Part shown: piece by piece, positions 50,634 to 61,082 of the stretch
How the letters are laid out: each line of letters starts with the position of its first letter
How positions within the stretch are numbered: position 1 is the first letter of the stretch
NCBI GenBank assembly: GCA_010093605.1
Contig: MU004200.1
Location: 558,001-622,000, forward strand
Direction of reading: 5' to 3'
DNA: 64,000 nt
Source: Lophium mytilinum
Lineage: Eukaryota
Notes under the pieces: model-generated
Told to the model about the DNA's origin: nothing
The model's input: only the letters and a program-made list of their open reading frames with translations
Databases searched by the model: none
Position numbers and translations under genes: made by a program

Positions 50634-51263
50634 ATGTCCGAACCCATCCCCGAATCCATCCCCACCTCCGCCGACCCGCGCTCGAAACGCCCCACCAAGA
50701 AGCGCGCCCTCACGCCCCTCTCACAGCAATCCTCCCAAATCGAAGCGCTCTTCGCAAAGCCGGACCGCGAGATCAAACTCCCCTCCTCCCACCCCAAGCA
50801 CCTCAACGGGCTGGCCGCGCCGCCCGAGATCGTCGCGAATGTGCAGGGCAGCAGCGCTGGCGCGGGGAGTGGCGAGTTTCATGTGTACAAGGCGAGCCGG
50901 CGGCGGGAGTATGAGCGGTTGCGGCTGATGGATGAGGAGGTGAAGAAGGAGGAGGCGGAGACGGAGTTCCAAAAGCAGAAGGAGGAGGTGGAGAGGCGGG
51001 ATCGGGAGAAGACAGGGAAGAATAAGGCGAGGAGGGATAAGGCACGACAGAGGAAGGCGAAGAAGGGTAAGGCGGGAAGTGGGGAGGGTGAGGCGGAGGA
51101 GGGGCAGGATGGGAAGGGGGAGAAGGGGAAGAGGCTGGGCCTTAATCTGGCGGCATTGAAAGGGAGGGGTGGTGAGGATGAGAGGGATGATGCTGCTGTG
51201 GTTGAGGGTGGGGAGGTTAAGAACACGGAGGAGATCGGGATTGTGATACACGACGATGATTGA
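50634..51263 (+). CDS. PRKRIP1 (DUF1168) splicing factor-like protein
   Basis: PPEIVANVQGSSAGAGSGEFHVYKASRRREYERL. Confidence 0.92.
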   Translation: MSEPIPESIPTSADPRSKRPTKKRALTPLSQQSSQIEALFAKPDREIKLPSSHPKHLNGLAAPPEIVANVQGSSAGAGSGEFHVYKASRRREYERLRLMDEEVKKEEAETEFQKQKEEVERRDREKTGKNKARRDKARQRKAKKGKAGSGEGEAEEGQDGKGEKGKRLGLNLAALKGRGGEDERDDAAVVEGGEVKNTEEIGIVIHDDD

Positions 51264-53574
51264 GTCTTTGGGATGGCTGGTGAGTAGACCAAAGAGCATC
51301 CGCCCGGCTGCAAATCATCCACGTTCAAGACAACTAGAATTGTCTCAGAGATACGCAAAGACTATACTCGAGCGCTGATGCAGCCTTTTAGCACGTGGTC
51401 TCACGACGAACCACCATCTACTATCTCCAGGTGGGATGACGAGTTCAGAGCCACTTGGCATTTTTCTGTATAATACCACATCTTTCTGTCTAGATTCCAT
51501 CTTTCTCTAAGCTCATCGATATTGCATACTATCAAAACCTCTTCGCCTCGACTACAGCCAACATTGGCATGTGACTTTGCGAGTGCCTTCTTCAGATGAG
51601 TAGCCCAACAGCACGCACAAGAATCTACCAGGGCGCCGGGCTCCTCGACGCCTGGTGAACCCCCGTAAAGCTTTGAACCAGCTCAAGCAATCGAGCGTAT
51701 ACCTTCAAACCCACAGCTGAAGACTGTATCAAAGCAGCACGCTCACAGAAGGCTGCGCGTCAGTCAACCCTCCGTATTGCTTATTATCACTGGCTCACAT
51801 ACGCATCCAAAGCCCTCCTCCTGCCCCGTCCACCCTCCAAACCCACCGCAGTCAACTTTCATGATGCGGCGGATCCCCCTCCAGCCGCCCACCTCAAGGA
51901 TCAATCAGAAACCCGCGTTTCCTCGCCCATAACTACTTATCACCACCAAACTTCCCCTTCCGTCTCCTCCTCCGAACACCCCCCGAGCGTGTCTCAGCAA
52001 CCGTCAGATAAGCCATGCCTCCACCATCCCAACCACCCTCCGCGGTACAGGCTCGCGAATCGTACCAGGCAGCTAGAAAACCTATTATTATCTCACAAAG
52101 GGGGGGGGGGGGAGGCGCACAACCGCCAAATCCCGCATTCCCTCGCGTCCTTCCGCGGAACATTTCGACCCCTTCTAGCTTCAACGGCTACGGGATTCTA
52201 GCGGAATTGGCTTCGTGCTGATCGGGGAGCTGCGAGAGTTTATCCCAAGACTGGGCGGAGAATGGTTTCGAGAAACGTTCTAGAGACGGCTTAGCAGCAA
52301 GACCCACTGTGTACTCCACTATCGAACCCGGGTTTCGTTAAGGCGGCTCTAGCGTCAGCTTTGGAAGGGTTTCTCTACCGCTCGCGAGGTAGTGCCGGCC
52401 AATGGGCTTTCTCTCTCGTGTGGGTTCGAGTTTGGCAGTGGGTTGCGCGTTGGATGGGTTGGATGGAAGGGTTTAGGGGAGCGGAGGGGGGTGGTTGCGC
52501 ATAGTTCGCTGGGTGCTTTGCTGGGATTCCCAGCGAGCATCACTTGCAAGTCTCAGACTCTACGCTCTCGTTCACTGGACGCAGACTTGCATATAGATCA
52601 GTCTGGCCGCGTACGCAAGCGTCACTGCTTTAGAGTTGAACGAGTCGATACTCAACAAAAACCGTATCGATGATAGAATATTTAATAGCTCAACAAGAAA
52701 TTATTGGGGTATCTACAGCAAGAATCGAATCGCGGTAACTCCATATCCCCCCCCACCGGCAATCCTGACCGGCGGTCTCGGTGAACGCCTCCAAAACCCA
52801 CAGCCTCAATCCCAAACTCCACACCACTCCACCAACATCTCCATCAGCATCGATACCACACATGGGAAAGCTTCGGAGCTCAGACCTCCTTCGGGCCAAG
52901 CCCAGCCCAGCCATATCCTCGCACACATCACCCCACCCCCATGCCCAACTCCCATGCCACCCCTCGGCACCGGTCCCTGGTGCCTGTGCTCACTTGCTGC
53001 ACAACCGGACTCCCGCACGCGTTCTTTTTAATTCCATAATCTTTTCCAATTTCGCTTCTAGAAGGTCCTCGGGCGGGCCCGAGCGCAAGCCACCCCATAT
53101 GCGGCCGGGCGGTAGTGCGCTTAACCACGGGTAACTGGCGCTAGGTGGCGCGAGCGGAATAGGAAGGTCGGTGTATAAAGTACAAGGACGGTTCCCAGCA
53201 TCCGGGCGAGCTGCTTGTTGTTTGGTAATAGCGCGGATGCGATGCGCGGGGCCAGCAGCGAGAGGGCCAGTGGCGAGGATCGCGAGGTGGGAGGGGTGGG
53301 CAGGGAATGGCGTTTTCGATTGATATTGATACAGATGCGTTGGCAGTTGGCCGGGCCGATGGGAATGCGGTATGAGACTAAGGGTAATCTCTGAGGGCAA
53401 TTTGGCTCCCTGTATGGCGGAGTTTCGTTCGGAGCTGATAATGCATCGAGGATGTAGGCCTCCCGACCCACTTTCCCCCCAGCTCACCCACCGCCTAGAC
53501 GTGCGCGAACCGGGTTGGAGATTGCGCGAATGCGTGCCGGCATGATGTTAAGACCCTACACGATGCCGAGCGTT

Positions 53575-55611
53575 TCACGATACTCGGGAGGAAACGCGGT
53601 GCCACGGGTTGAACCTCTTGGGTGTTGGTGATGCGACATGGGCTGTAGGAGGCGGCGGGAGAGTCTTGGACGGGGAGATTGCGATTTTGAGCGGCTCGGC
53701 GTTGATGGTGCGGATGCTGGCGCTGTCATCAAACAGGGTCGAACTCTCGGTGATTGAGGAGTCGCGCAGAGTCGAGTTCGTCATGCTCGATACCCGCACT
53801 GTTGATGCCGTAGAGGTTCGCACGGAACCTGAGCTGGACGCACTATCCGAGCCGGAGTTCGACGTGCGAAGCGACGCCACGGTGGAAGCTGCATCAGAGT
53901 CGATAGTCGACGCTCGGACAAGGATATCGTGGGAGTGCGCCCCACAATGCACGTCCATGATTCCAGAGTAGTTGACGAGGATCCCGAAAAGGCGGTCACG
54001 TACGTCCCGGGCGGTTGGCCGTAGGCCAGGGTTCTGGCTCAACATTGCTCGCACCAAGTCCAGAATGTGGGGAATGCTGCGGAACGCGTCGTCGTCGTGC
54101 TCGAAGGCCGTGTCTTCCAATACCTTCATCCATGCGCGGACCTTGTCAATGTTGCCGTGGAAGGACGAGTCAGTTCGTGAGTTGCCCGTTCGTCCAGACT
54201 CGCCGACCTTCTTCTTGCTTGAGCGATGTTTTGTGAAGTCGTGCGCTTTCTTCTTCAATAGGAAGGTGAGTATGTCGAGATAGACGCATCCGAGTGCGAA
54301 GACGTCTGACTTCTCAGTCGCTGGAAGCAGCGTGGGGGTAGTTTTAGTCCTTCTTGACATTGTGAAGCCAAAGTCGAAGCCTGATAGTGAGTTGTTAGTT
54401 GTAGTCCGCGTCAGCTTAGTCTTGCCGTGGGCTCGAGATGAGCTGCTGGATACGGACTGCCCCGCCGATGACCCGTGGCTTGAGATTGACTGTTTGCGAG
54501 ATTGACTGCTGTCGACCTTCTTCAGCGCCTGATCGGTGAGCAACGGTCGGGCAGAGCTGTTTGCTTCCGGAGAACCGTAGTTGTATGCTTCTTGGGGATC
54601 TGGCCGCTTGTCTTTCTGGAAAGATCCTAGGCTGCCAATATCACTAAAAGCAACAGCATTCGATTCGTCAATTAGTATGTTGGACGGCCGGATTGCTCCA
54701 TGATAGAGGCCGTTCTGGTGTAATGAAGTGATTGCATCTGCAAGGCAGTGGAGCCAGCCCAGGAGCAGCTGGTATCTGTCTTTCTTTTGTAATCGCTGAT
54801 ATTGAGCAGGCTTCCGGTGGTCGATGAAGCTTTTGAGAGTGTGCTGACCGACAAAGTTGGTCAAGACGTAAGCGTTCCCTTTGGAAGTATATGAAGCCCA
54901 GACCGGAGCAATATGGTCATGCTCTACGAGCCTTGATGCCTCGACGTCGTTGTGAAAGTCCATCTCAAGATCTTCGTCCATCACAGCGCCGCCTAGGGAG
55001 ATCTTCCTCCGCACGAATACGTCATTTGGTTTCTTCGGCAGGTGGACTCGGGACCAGTTCTGCAACGCAACTGCTGGGGGCAAGCTATGAACGTATTCCA
55101 GGGGTAGAACCTCGTTTGGCGCATAGTCGAAATGGGCGCCTTCGGTCAGTTCACGGAGTAGGTACGTGAACTGCGTGTTATGGAACTTGTAATTCAGCTG
55201 GTCGTTGCGCTCATACGAGAGCGCAAGTCTCTCCACTTCTTCAAGTGGAAGGGGCAGGTCGTCGTCTTCCCAGGAGTGATCGATAACGGGAAATATCTGA
55301 TCGGGTACGCCAGACTCCACCAAGGTTAGGAACAGCCGTTTCGCCTTTTCCAGTATCCACTCAATGTAGGTGTCGTCGGTCAAGCCGTCGCCGAAAGCTA
55401 CAGGCTGTTCCAGTCTATCCCTTTCATTCGGCCGCAGTCTGGAAGTGACGAACTCTTTGGTGACAGTGGCATCAATTTTCTCATCTGTCCACCAGACTTG
55501 CTGCAGAACGGAGTGGGGCGTGACCAAGGAGTGTCCAGCGTAGCCGTAGATGAGGGCATTGAAGGTGATGGTTTGCTCGTTCACGACGTTGGTCAAAGTC
55601 CGGGAAGTCAT
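53575..55611 (-). CDS. Protein-kinase-fold protein, probable pseudokinase
   Basis: HDHIAPVWASY, LHQNGLYHGAIRPSNILI, FSDIG, YGSPE, KSDVFALGCVYLDI and RPTARDV. The catalytic-loop Asp is replaced by Ala. Confidence 0.85.
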   Translation of the reverse strand: MTSRTLTNVVNEQTITFNALIYGYAGHSLVTPHSVLQQVWWTDEKIDATVTKEFVTSRLRPNERDRLEQPVAFGDGLTDDTYIEWILEKAKRLFLTLVESGVPDQIFPVIDHSWEDDDLPLPLEEVERLALSYERNDQLNYKFHNTQFTYLLRELTEGAHFDYAPNEVLPLEYVHSLPPAVALQNWSRVHLPKKPNDVFVRRKISLGGAVMDEDLEMDFHNDVEASRLVEHDHIAPVWASYTSKGNAYVLTNFVGQHTLKSFIDHRKPAQYQRLQKKDRYQLLLGWLHCLADAITSLHQNGLYHGAIRPSNILIDESNAVAFSDIGSLGSFQKDKRPDPQEAYNYGSPEANSSARPLLTDQALKKVDSSQSRKQSISSHGSSAGQSVSSSSSRAHGKTKLTRTTTNNSLSGFDFGFTMSRRTKTTPTLLPATEKSDVFALGCVYLDILTFLLKKKAHDFTKHRSSKKKVGESGRTGNSRTDSSFHGNIDKVRAWMKVLEDTAFEHDDDAFRSIPHILDLVRAMLSQNPGLRPTARDVRDRLFGILVNYSGIMDVHCGAHSHDILVRASTIDSDAASTVASLRTSNSGSDSASSSGSVRTSTASTVRVSSMTNSTLRDSSITESSTLFDDSASIRTINAEPLKIAISPSKTLPPPPTAHVASPTPKRFNPWHRVSSRVS

Positions 55612-57687
55612 GATGGCGAAGAGCTGTGGGGATTACCCGATTGATGGACGCATGTGGTACAAATCTAATTGTGGAGGGCAAGAGGCTCGATGAATGGGAG
55701 TAGAGGGTGATGGAAAGTATGTTTCATGTCTGGATGCTATGGGAGAGGAAAGGGTTCGTGAGACGAGGGAGACAGCACAGACAGACGAAGGTGAGGTGGA
55801 GAGGGGAGTACGGATTTAGATGTCAGCGCGGGCTGGGAGTCTCCAGAATAAATTGTCCCACCTAAGACGATAGTGGCAATCGCCGGCCGGGATGGCACAG
55901 TATTGCCATCCAGACGCACGGCAGCGATGCCTGTCGTGGGGTTTTGCAGAGACCGAAATGGCAGCCAATGAGGACGCTGCATCAAGATTTTGGTCAAGCA
56001 ACGCTGCGAAGGCGGCTGCTGGCTGGCGACGAGGCACTGTGCCGTAACCTCATCGGGGGTTGCCTGTCCGGCACGTGAAGGCGAGCAGGGAGGCGTCGAC
56101 ACACTCGATAAGGGCCATCATCGAATCCGTTCCCGCAGCGCCCTTGCGCGTGGAGCTGCTTGACCGGCCTCTCCAATGCCACATCCAATAGTCACGCTGA
56201 CCTCGCTGCTGGGCCCTGTCCCTGGGCCCCGAAAACGGCGGCTAAAACGTGATATCAAAAGCTGCGTCGCACGTCGTCCTGCCAATTTGCAGACGTCGTA
56301 CCGTCTGGTGTTGCGTTTCCGCCGTCAGTCCGGAAGACAGTCGTCCATCCCGCGGTCACTGCCCCTCACGCGGATAGCCTCTGCGCCTCCATAGCGGGCC
56401 CTACCGACCAAAGGGGAAGTTGAGGTCAGTAGAGCCAGCGGTGGGCGGGTGCTCAAGTGCCAAAGCAACAACGCCGCCTAGCCACGAGGCGCATGATATG
56501 CATACAGCTCCTGCGAACGCTCGGCCGTCAGCTGTCAAGTCCAATAAGCTGTCTCCCAGTAGCGGACCGGACCGGAGTCTTCATCCATAAGGTCGGGATG
56601 CCGAGGTCTCTGAGCGAAGTCGTCAGTAGCCAACGACACTCAGAGACGCTCAACCGCTGCATTTCGGGGCCGTCTCTACAGATGACTCCAGAGGGGCAGC
56701 TTCTCGTGGTCACGGTGGTGCGGGGGAGCGTGGCCTGCTGTCCGCCTTGTGGGTCGTAGCTTGCGGTCTTTTTCGGACCCTTGGACGTCCTGTGTACTGT
56801 GGCACGGGCTGTTGGGATGGAGGGATGTGACGCACCACTGAAGGGTACTGATCACCGGCGGGTGGATGCTGCTGTGCTGCGATACGCCATCAAGTTGTAG
56901 GCGCGGCCTCGTGGGATGGCGGCGATGTCGGCTGCAAGGGCGCAAGATCCTCCACGTCGCGTCTCTTGTCGGTGTTGGGAGTCTTGGCGGATCACTGTGC
57001 TGCTGTCGACGTCCAGCCTTCACCACCACGTTGCTTGGCAGGTCCGGTGCATAATCCGGCATGCCACCGAGAGGCAATTCACGCAAGACGTAGCGCTCCT
57101 CGCGGGTGGGTTGAGATAAGCTCGCCCGAGGATTCTTCCAGAACTTTGGAAGCCTTCTAGAAAACGCCTCCACGCCGGGTGCGCTGTCCATTTTGGGAGG
57201 CGGCACGTCGTTACTAATGCAAACTTTGTAACGGACTTCACACCATTGCCAATTCCCAAGAGGAGGCGCGCTTGTTGTATAGTAGTGGGTGGCAAGCCTA
57301 TCACAAGCGGATCAATTTGACCTATTGGTAGGAGCTTTGCGAAATATGAATACCTAGGCGCATGCAGGCCAATCCAAAAAAGAAGATTAACAATTTTGAC
57401 ATCCCGTCTGCCTGAATCGCGTGCATGATGTGAAGCGAAAGTGCTCCCTACTTTCTTTTTCCTGCTTTCTCTATCCTGATCGAAGAACGTGCAGATCTAA
57501 CAGGTAGACCAATAGGCTGAGATTGGCCTCTTCTGATCAAGACATTGGAAAAAGCAACTTGCCAGCATTTCACCGCTCTACACGTGGGTGAAACAGCTTT
57601 CGGCTGCAAAGTCCCCAAGCGTCAGACGAATGCAGACATCATCGACGTCTTCCCAACCTTCTCGCCACGCTCGCTATTCGGAGTGAA

Positions 57688-58556
57688 ACTCCGGAAGGCT
57701 TCTATGATCCTCTTGACGGTGACTTGAATTAGACACCCTTACTTCGGACACAAAAAAGAACTACGCAGTGTCGACGCCGTGTGCCCCTTGGCGTGTATCA
57801 GAATGAGTTCACGCAGTTAGATCCGTGACTCTTTGTAACCGAGCTTCGCAGCATCCTATGGAGGGGCTCCGGAAGGCCGTTGGCATCCTTTTAACCACAA
57901 CCAGATTTAAGACGTGTTGCTTCCGTTACAAAAAGTGACTACGCCGTGTCGACGCCGCGTGATCTCCGCGTCTATCAAAACGAGTCCATACGGTTAGTGC
58001 GGTCAAATCTGTAAACCTTTCGTGACTAGGCTTCGTAGTATCTCTATGGAGGTGCTCCAGAAGACTTTCAATATCCTTTCAATAACGACTTGATCTAAGA
58101 GGTGATGCTTCGGTTACAAAAAGTAACTACGCTCTGTTAACGCCGCGTGCCCTCCGCGTCTATCAAACTTGGTTTCACACGGTTAGATTTGTGACTCTTT
58201 GTAACCACGCTTTGATATATCTCCATGGAGGTGCTCCGGGAAGGCTTTTAGTATCCTTTTGGCGATGAGTTGATTTACGACGTCTTACTCTGATCATAAA
58301 AAGTGCCTACGCTGCGTACCCTCCACGTCTACTGGGAAGTGGTTTACACGGTTAGATCTATTATTTCTTGTAATTAGACTTTGCAATATCTTATAGAGAC
58401 GCCTACAAGGCTTTCAGCAACCTTCTAACAATGAGGCAATTCAAGACGTCTTGCTTCGCTCATAAAAGTGACTACGCCAGGTCAATGTCGCGTGCCCTCC
58501 GCGTCCATTGGAATTATCTTACATGATTAGATGTATAACTTCTTGTAACTAGACGT
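57688..58556. repeat. Diverged non-coding tandem array of ~5 units of 165-188 bp, each with ~20-bp internal inverted repeats
   Basis: CTACGC anchors (after AAAAGT..) at 57761, 57939, 58127, 58307 and 58472. Shared blocks include CGCGTGCCCTCCGCGTCTATCA, GGTTAGAT, GTGACTCTTTGTAAC and ATGGAGGTGCTCCGGAAGGC. Confidence 0.9.
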
Positions 58557-59475
58557 CACAATCCCTCCCCTTCCTTGCTCCCCAGTGGGACCCTCGTTGA
58601 AGGCACGAGCAAGCTTGAAGAAAAGGCTACTAGGACTGTATTCCAGTGGGTTGTTGCGTTGTACTGCGATCTACGATAGATGTGATACCGGACCCGAGGA
58701 CGTTGCTGGCGGTGCAGAGGTAGCCTTTCGAGACGCAAGTTGATTCGATTACGGCCTCTCCTCTGCCGGTTTTTCACTGAGCTGATACTGTAGAATAGTA
58801 GGCAATAGGCGTGTTACTATGAGAACGAGCGTTTCTTTGTTCATTCTAAGCCGTCTTGACGAAGTTGTAGGTCCTGAGGGCTGCCGCGATAAAGGTTAAG
58901 AACTCCCGTGGGTCTTGTACGCTTTTTCTTCTGATGACTTCACTAAGATATTGTGAGATGTGACTCCGCAACAGGAGCGCGAGACCAGTATCGTGACTTT
59001 CCCCTAAGAACCATTCATTTCGTGCTGATTAATACAGTCACTGATCATACCAGATACGGAGGGAGTTGTGGAAGAGAGTTGAATGAGGACATCTTTTGGC
59101 ACCGATCATAGTGATACAGATATACACAGGGAGATGCCCGCTCAACTGAGAGGATGCCCAAGATCACCTTGTCTGTCGCTAATAGAGGGCTATCCACTCG
59201 CGTTTCCTTAATTGCGGGAACAGAACAGCCCGGAATCAAGGTCGCCCGCGTACATCATCTCGAGAACTGACGTTCATTGAGAGAACCCGGAAGAACTACA
59301 CATTTAGTAGAGGCTGAGTGACTGTATGATGTACGCGTGTCGAAAGGAACTTTGCTTGTAGTTGGTGGTTGCTGATATTGTCATATTTGAGAAGAGTCGC
59401 CGTTCTTCATGGCCCATCTATTGTTGTACAGAAACAAAATACAGGTACAGAATGCTGGAGCAGGGGTATAAGTCG

Positions 59476-60778
59476 TCAAGTCAAAAGTATATCAAACCCG
59501 TCCTTCTCGATCCGGACCTCTTCACTTTCAAATGCGAATTTACGTCTGACGAGCTCGAATATGATCAAGGCAGCAGACGTACTCGGCACCTGCCGAATTG
59601 TGCTCATGAAAAAGCCCTTGTAAAGATAACTCCGCCACCCACCAGCTCGACGAGAGAGAATCTGGCACTGCTCGATTGTCTTCTCGTACGCGTGATAGTA
59701 CCGTCTTATTGTTTGCCTCGGCCTCGCCTCCTCGTGAGCTTGGTAGTCTATCGATTCAAGACGACCATAGTGCACGTTTTGGAGCTCACTTAATGGATGC
59801 TGAATAGCTTGCTGTGCAACTGAGGCAGTCATACCGGCTAGCAGAAGGAACGCCGGCTCGACTGTATAATGTGGCTTTATGACCGGTCTATCGTTTAGGT
59901 AAATTGAGGTGGGCGAGTAGATGCCGTAATAATTCGTTACAAACGAGTAGTACGCTTGGGATTTAACGCATTCGAACGTGCTGAAGAAGAGCGCAGCCCC
60001 TAGCGAGTCTTTGAGCAGGGATAACGTGAAGCCACCAAATATTCCTCGAAGGCCAATATCGTGGAGTTTGTGGCTGGCATACTGCCACATGGTCTTGTAT
60101 TTGCCCTCCAGCATATCGGCCGTTCTGAAGCGGACCTGAAGTGCGTCTAGCGGCGCGGCGACAAGCGACTGGATCCCACCAGCTATCAGACCTGCTGAGA
60201 AAGTCTGTCCGAATGACGGAGGTGGAAAGATTCGCTTCGTCGAGCGCGAGGAGGGTTCATGAAGGCTTCCGAGTGCTTGCAGATACGCGGTATATAGTAT
60301 CGCTCCGATCCTGATTGACTTTGATCAGCTTCCAAATTCACATGAGATGGAAGGCGTGTGTATACAGCGTGTTGCCCAGCATCGGTGGCAGGACTTGGTT
60401 GGGAAGAAACCCCCATCCATGTGTCTTCACGGCATGAGCGAGCAACGCTGGCGTAGATATCCTCCACGACCAGCCCAGGTTCGCCTGAACGCGAGGGTTG
60501 ATTGCGCGCGCATAGCCCATGTAATCAATCCGTCCCGGAAAGAATGCTTTGATGGGAGCCCGAAAGTAGAATGCGACTGCGCGCGCTGTCACGGCACGCA
60601 TGCCAGCCGCTGTGAAGCTGGTAGCAGCATTGGCTTGCGGTGGTTTCTTCACTGTACCAGTCTCATCTCCCGCATCGCCGTGTGATGGTCTCTTAGCTGC
60701 AGCAAAGGCTTCTGCCGCCTTCAGCTGGGGTTTGACGACCGGGAGAGATCCAGTCTGGCCGCCAGGAGCGGCGGTCAT
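59476..60778 (-). CDS. Mitochondrial carrier (SLC25)-like protein, 2 exons
   Basis: VAAPLDALQVRF carrier-like signature, GIFGGFTLSLLKDSLGAALFFSTFE and LYKGFFMSTIRQVPSTS. Confidence 0.75.
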
Positions 60779-61082
60779 TGTGCACGGCACGGAGTAAGAG
60801 GCGGATATTGCAAAGACATCAGGCCATTCCCGGGGGACTGTCGTTATACATGAGCCCTATTGCGTCGAAGCTGGAACGGAGTGAGGTGCTGAGCAGCTGC
60901 CTAGTATTCGAGGTATAAATGCAGTCCACGCCAAGACCGTTTGCCCGCCCGCGTGAAAGCGCGTCGCTCGCTCCTCCGCCCGCCGCCATTATTACATCAA
61001 CTTCTCTCCACCCTCGCTCTGCTGCCTCACCACCTCTCCCTCCTCGCATTGTCGGGGCCGTCTGCGCACGCGCGCCTTCATC

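Noticed and set aside
57688..58556. CRISPR interpretation of the tandem array
   Set aside because: Eukaryotic genome, whole units are homologous (no unique spacers), and no cas genes.
58556..59240. Short minus-strand ORF fragments downstream of the carrier gene
   Set aside because: They could not be joined by credible introns and show no recognisable domain.
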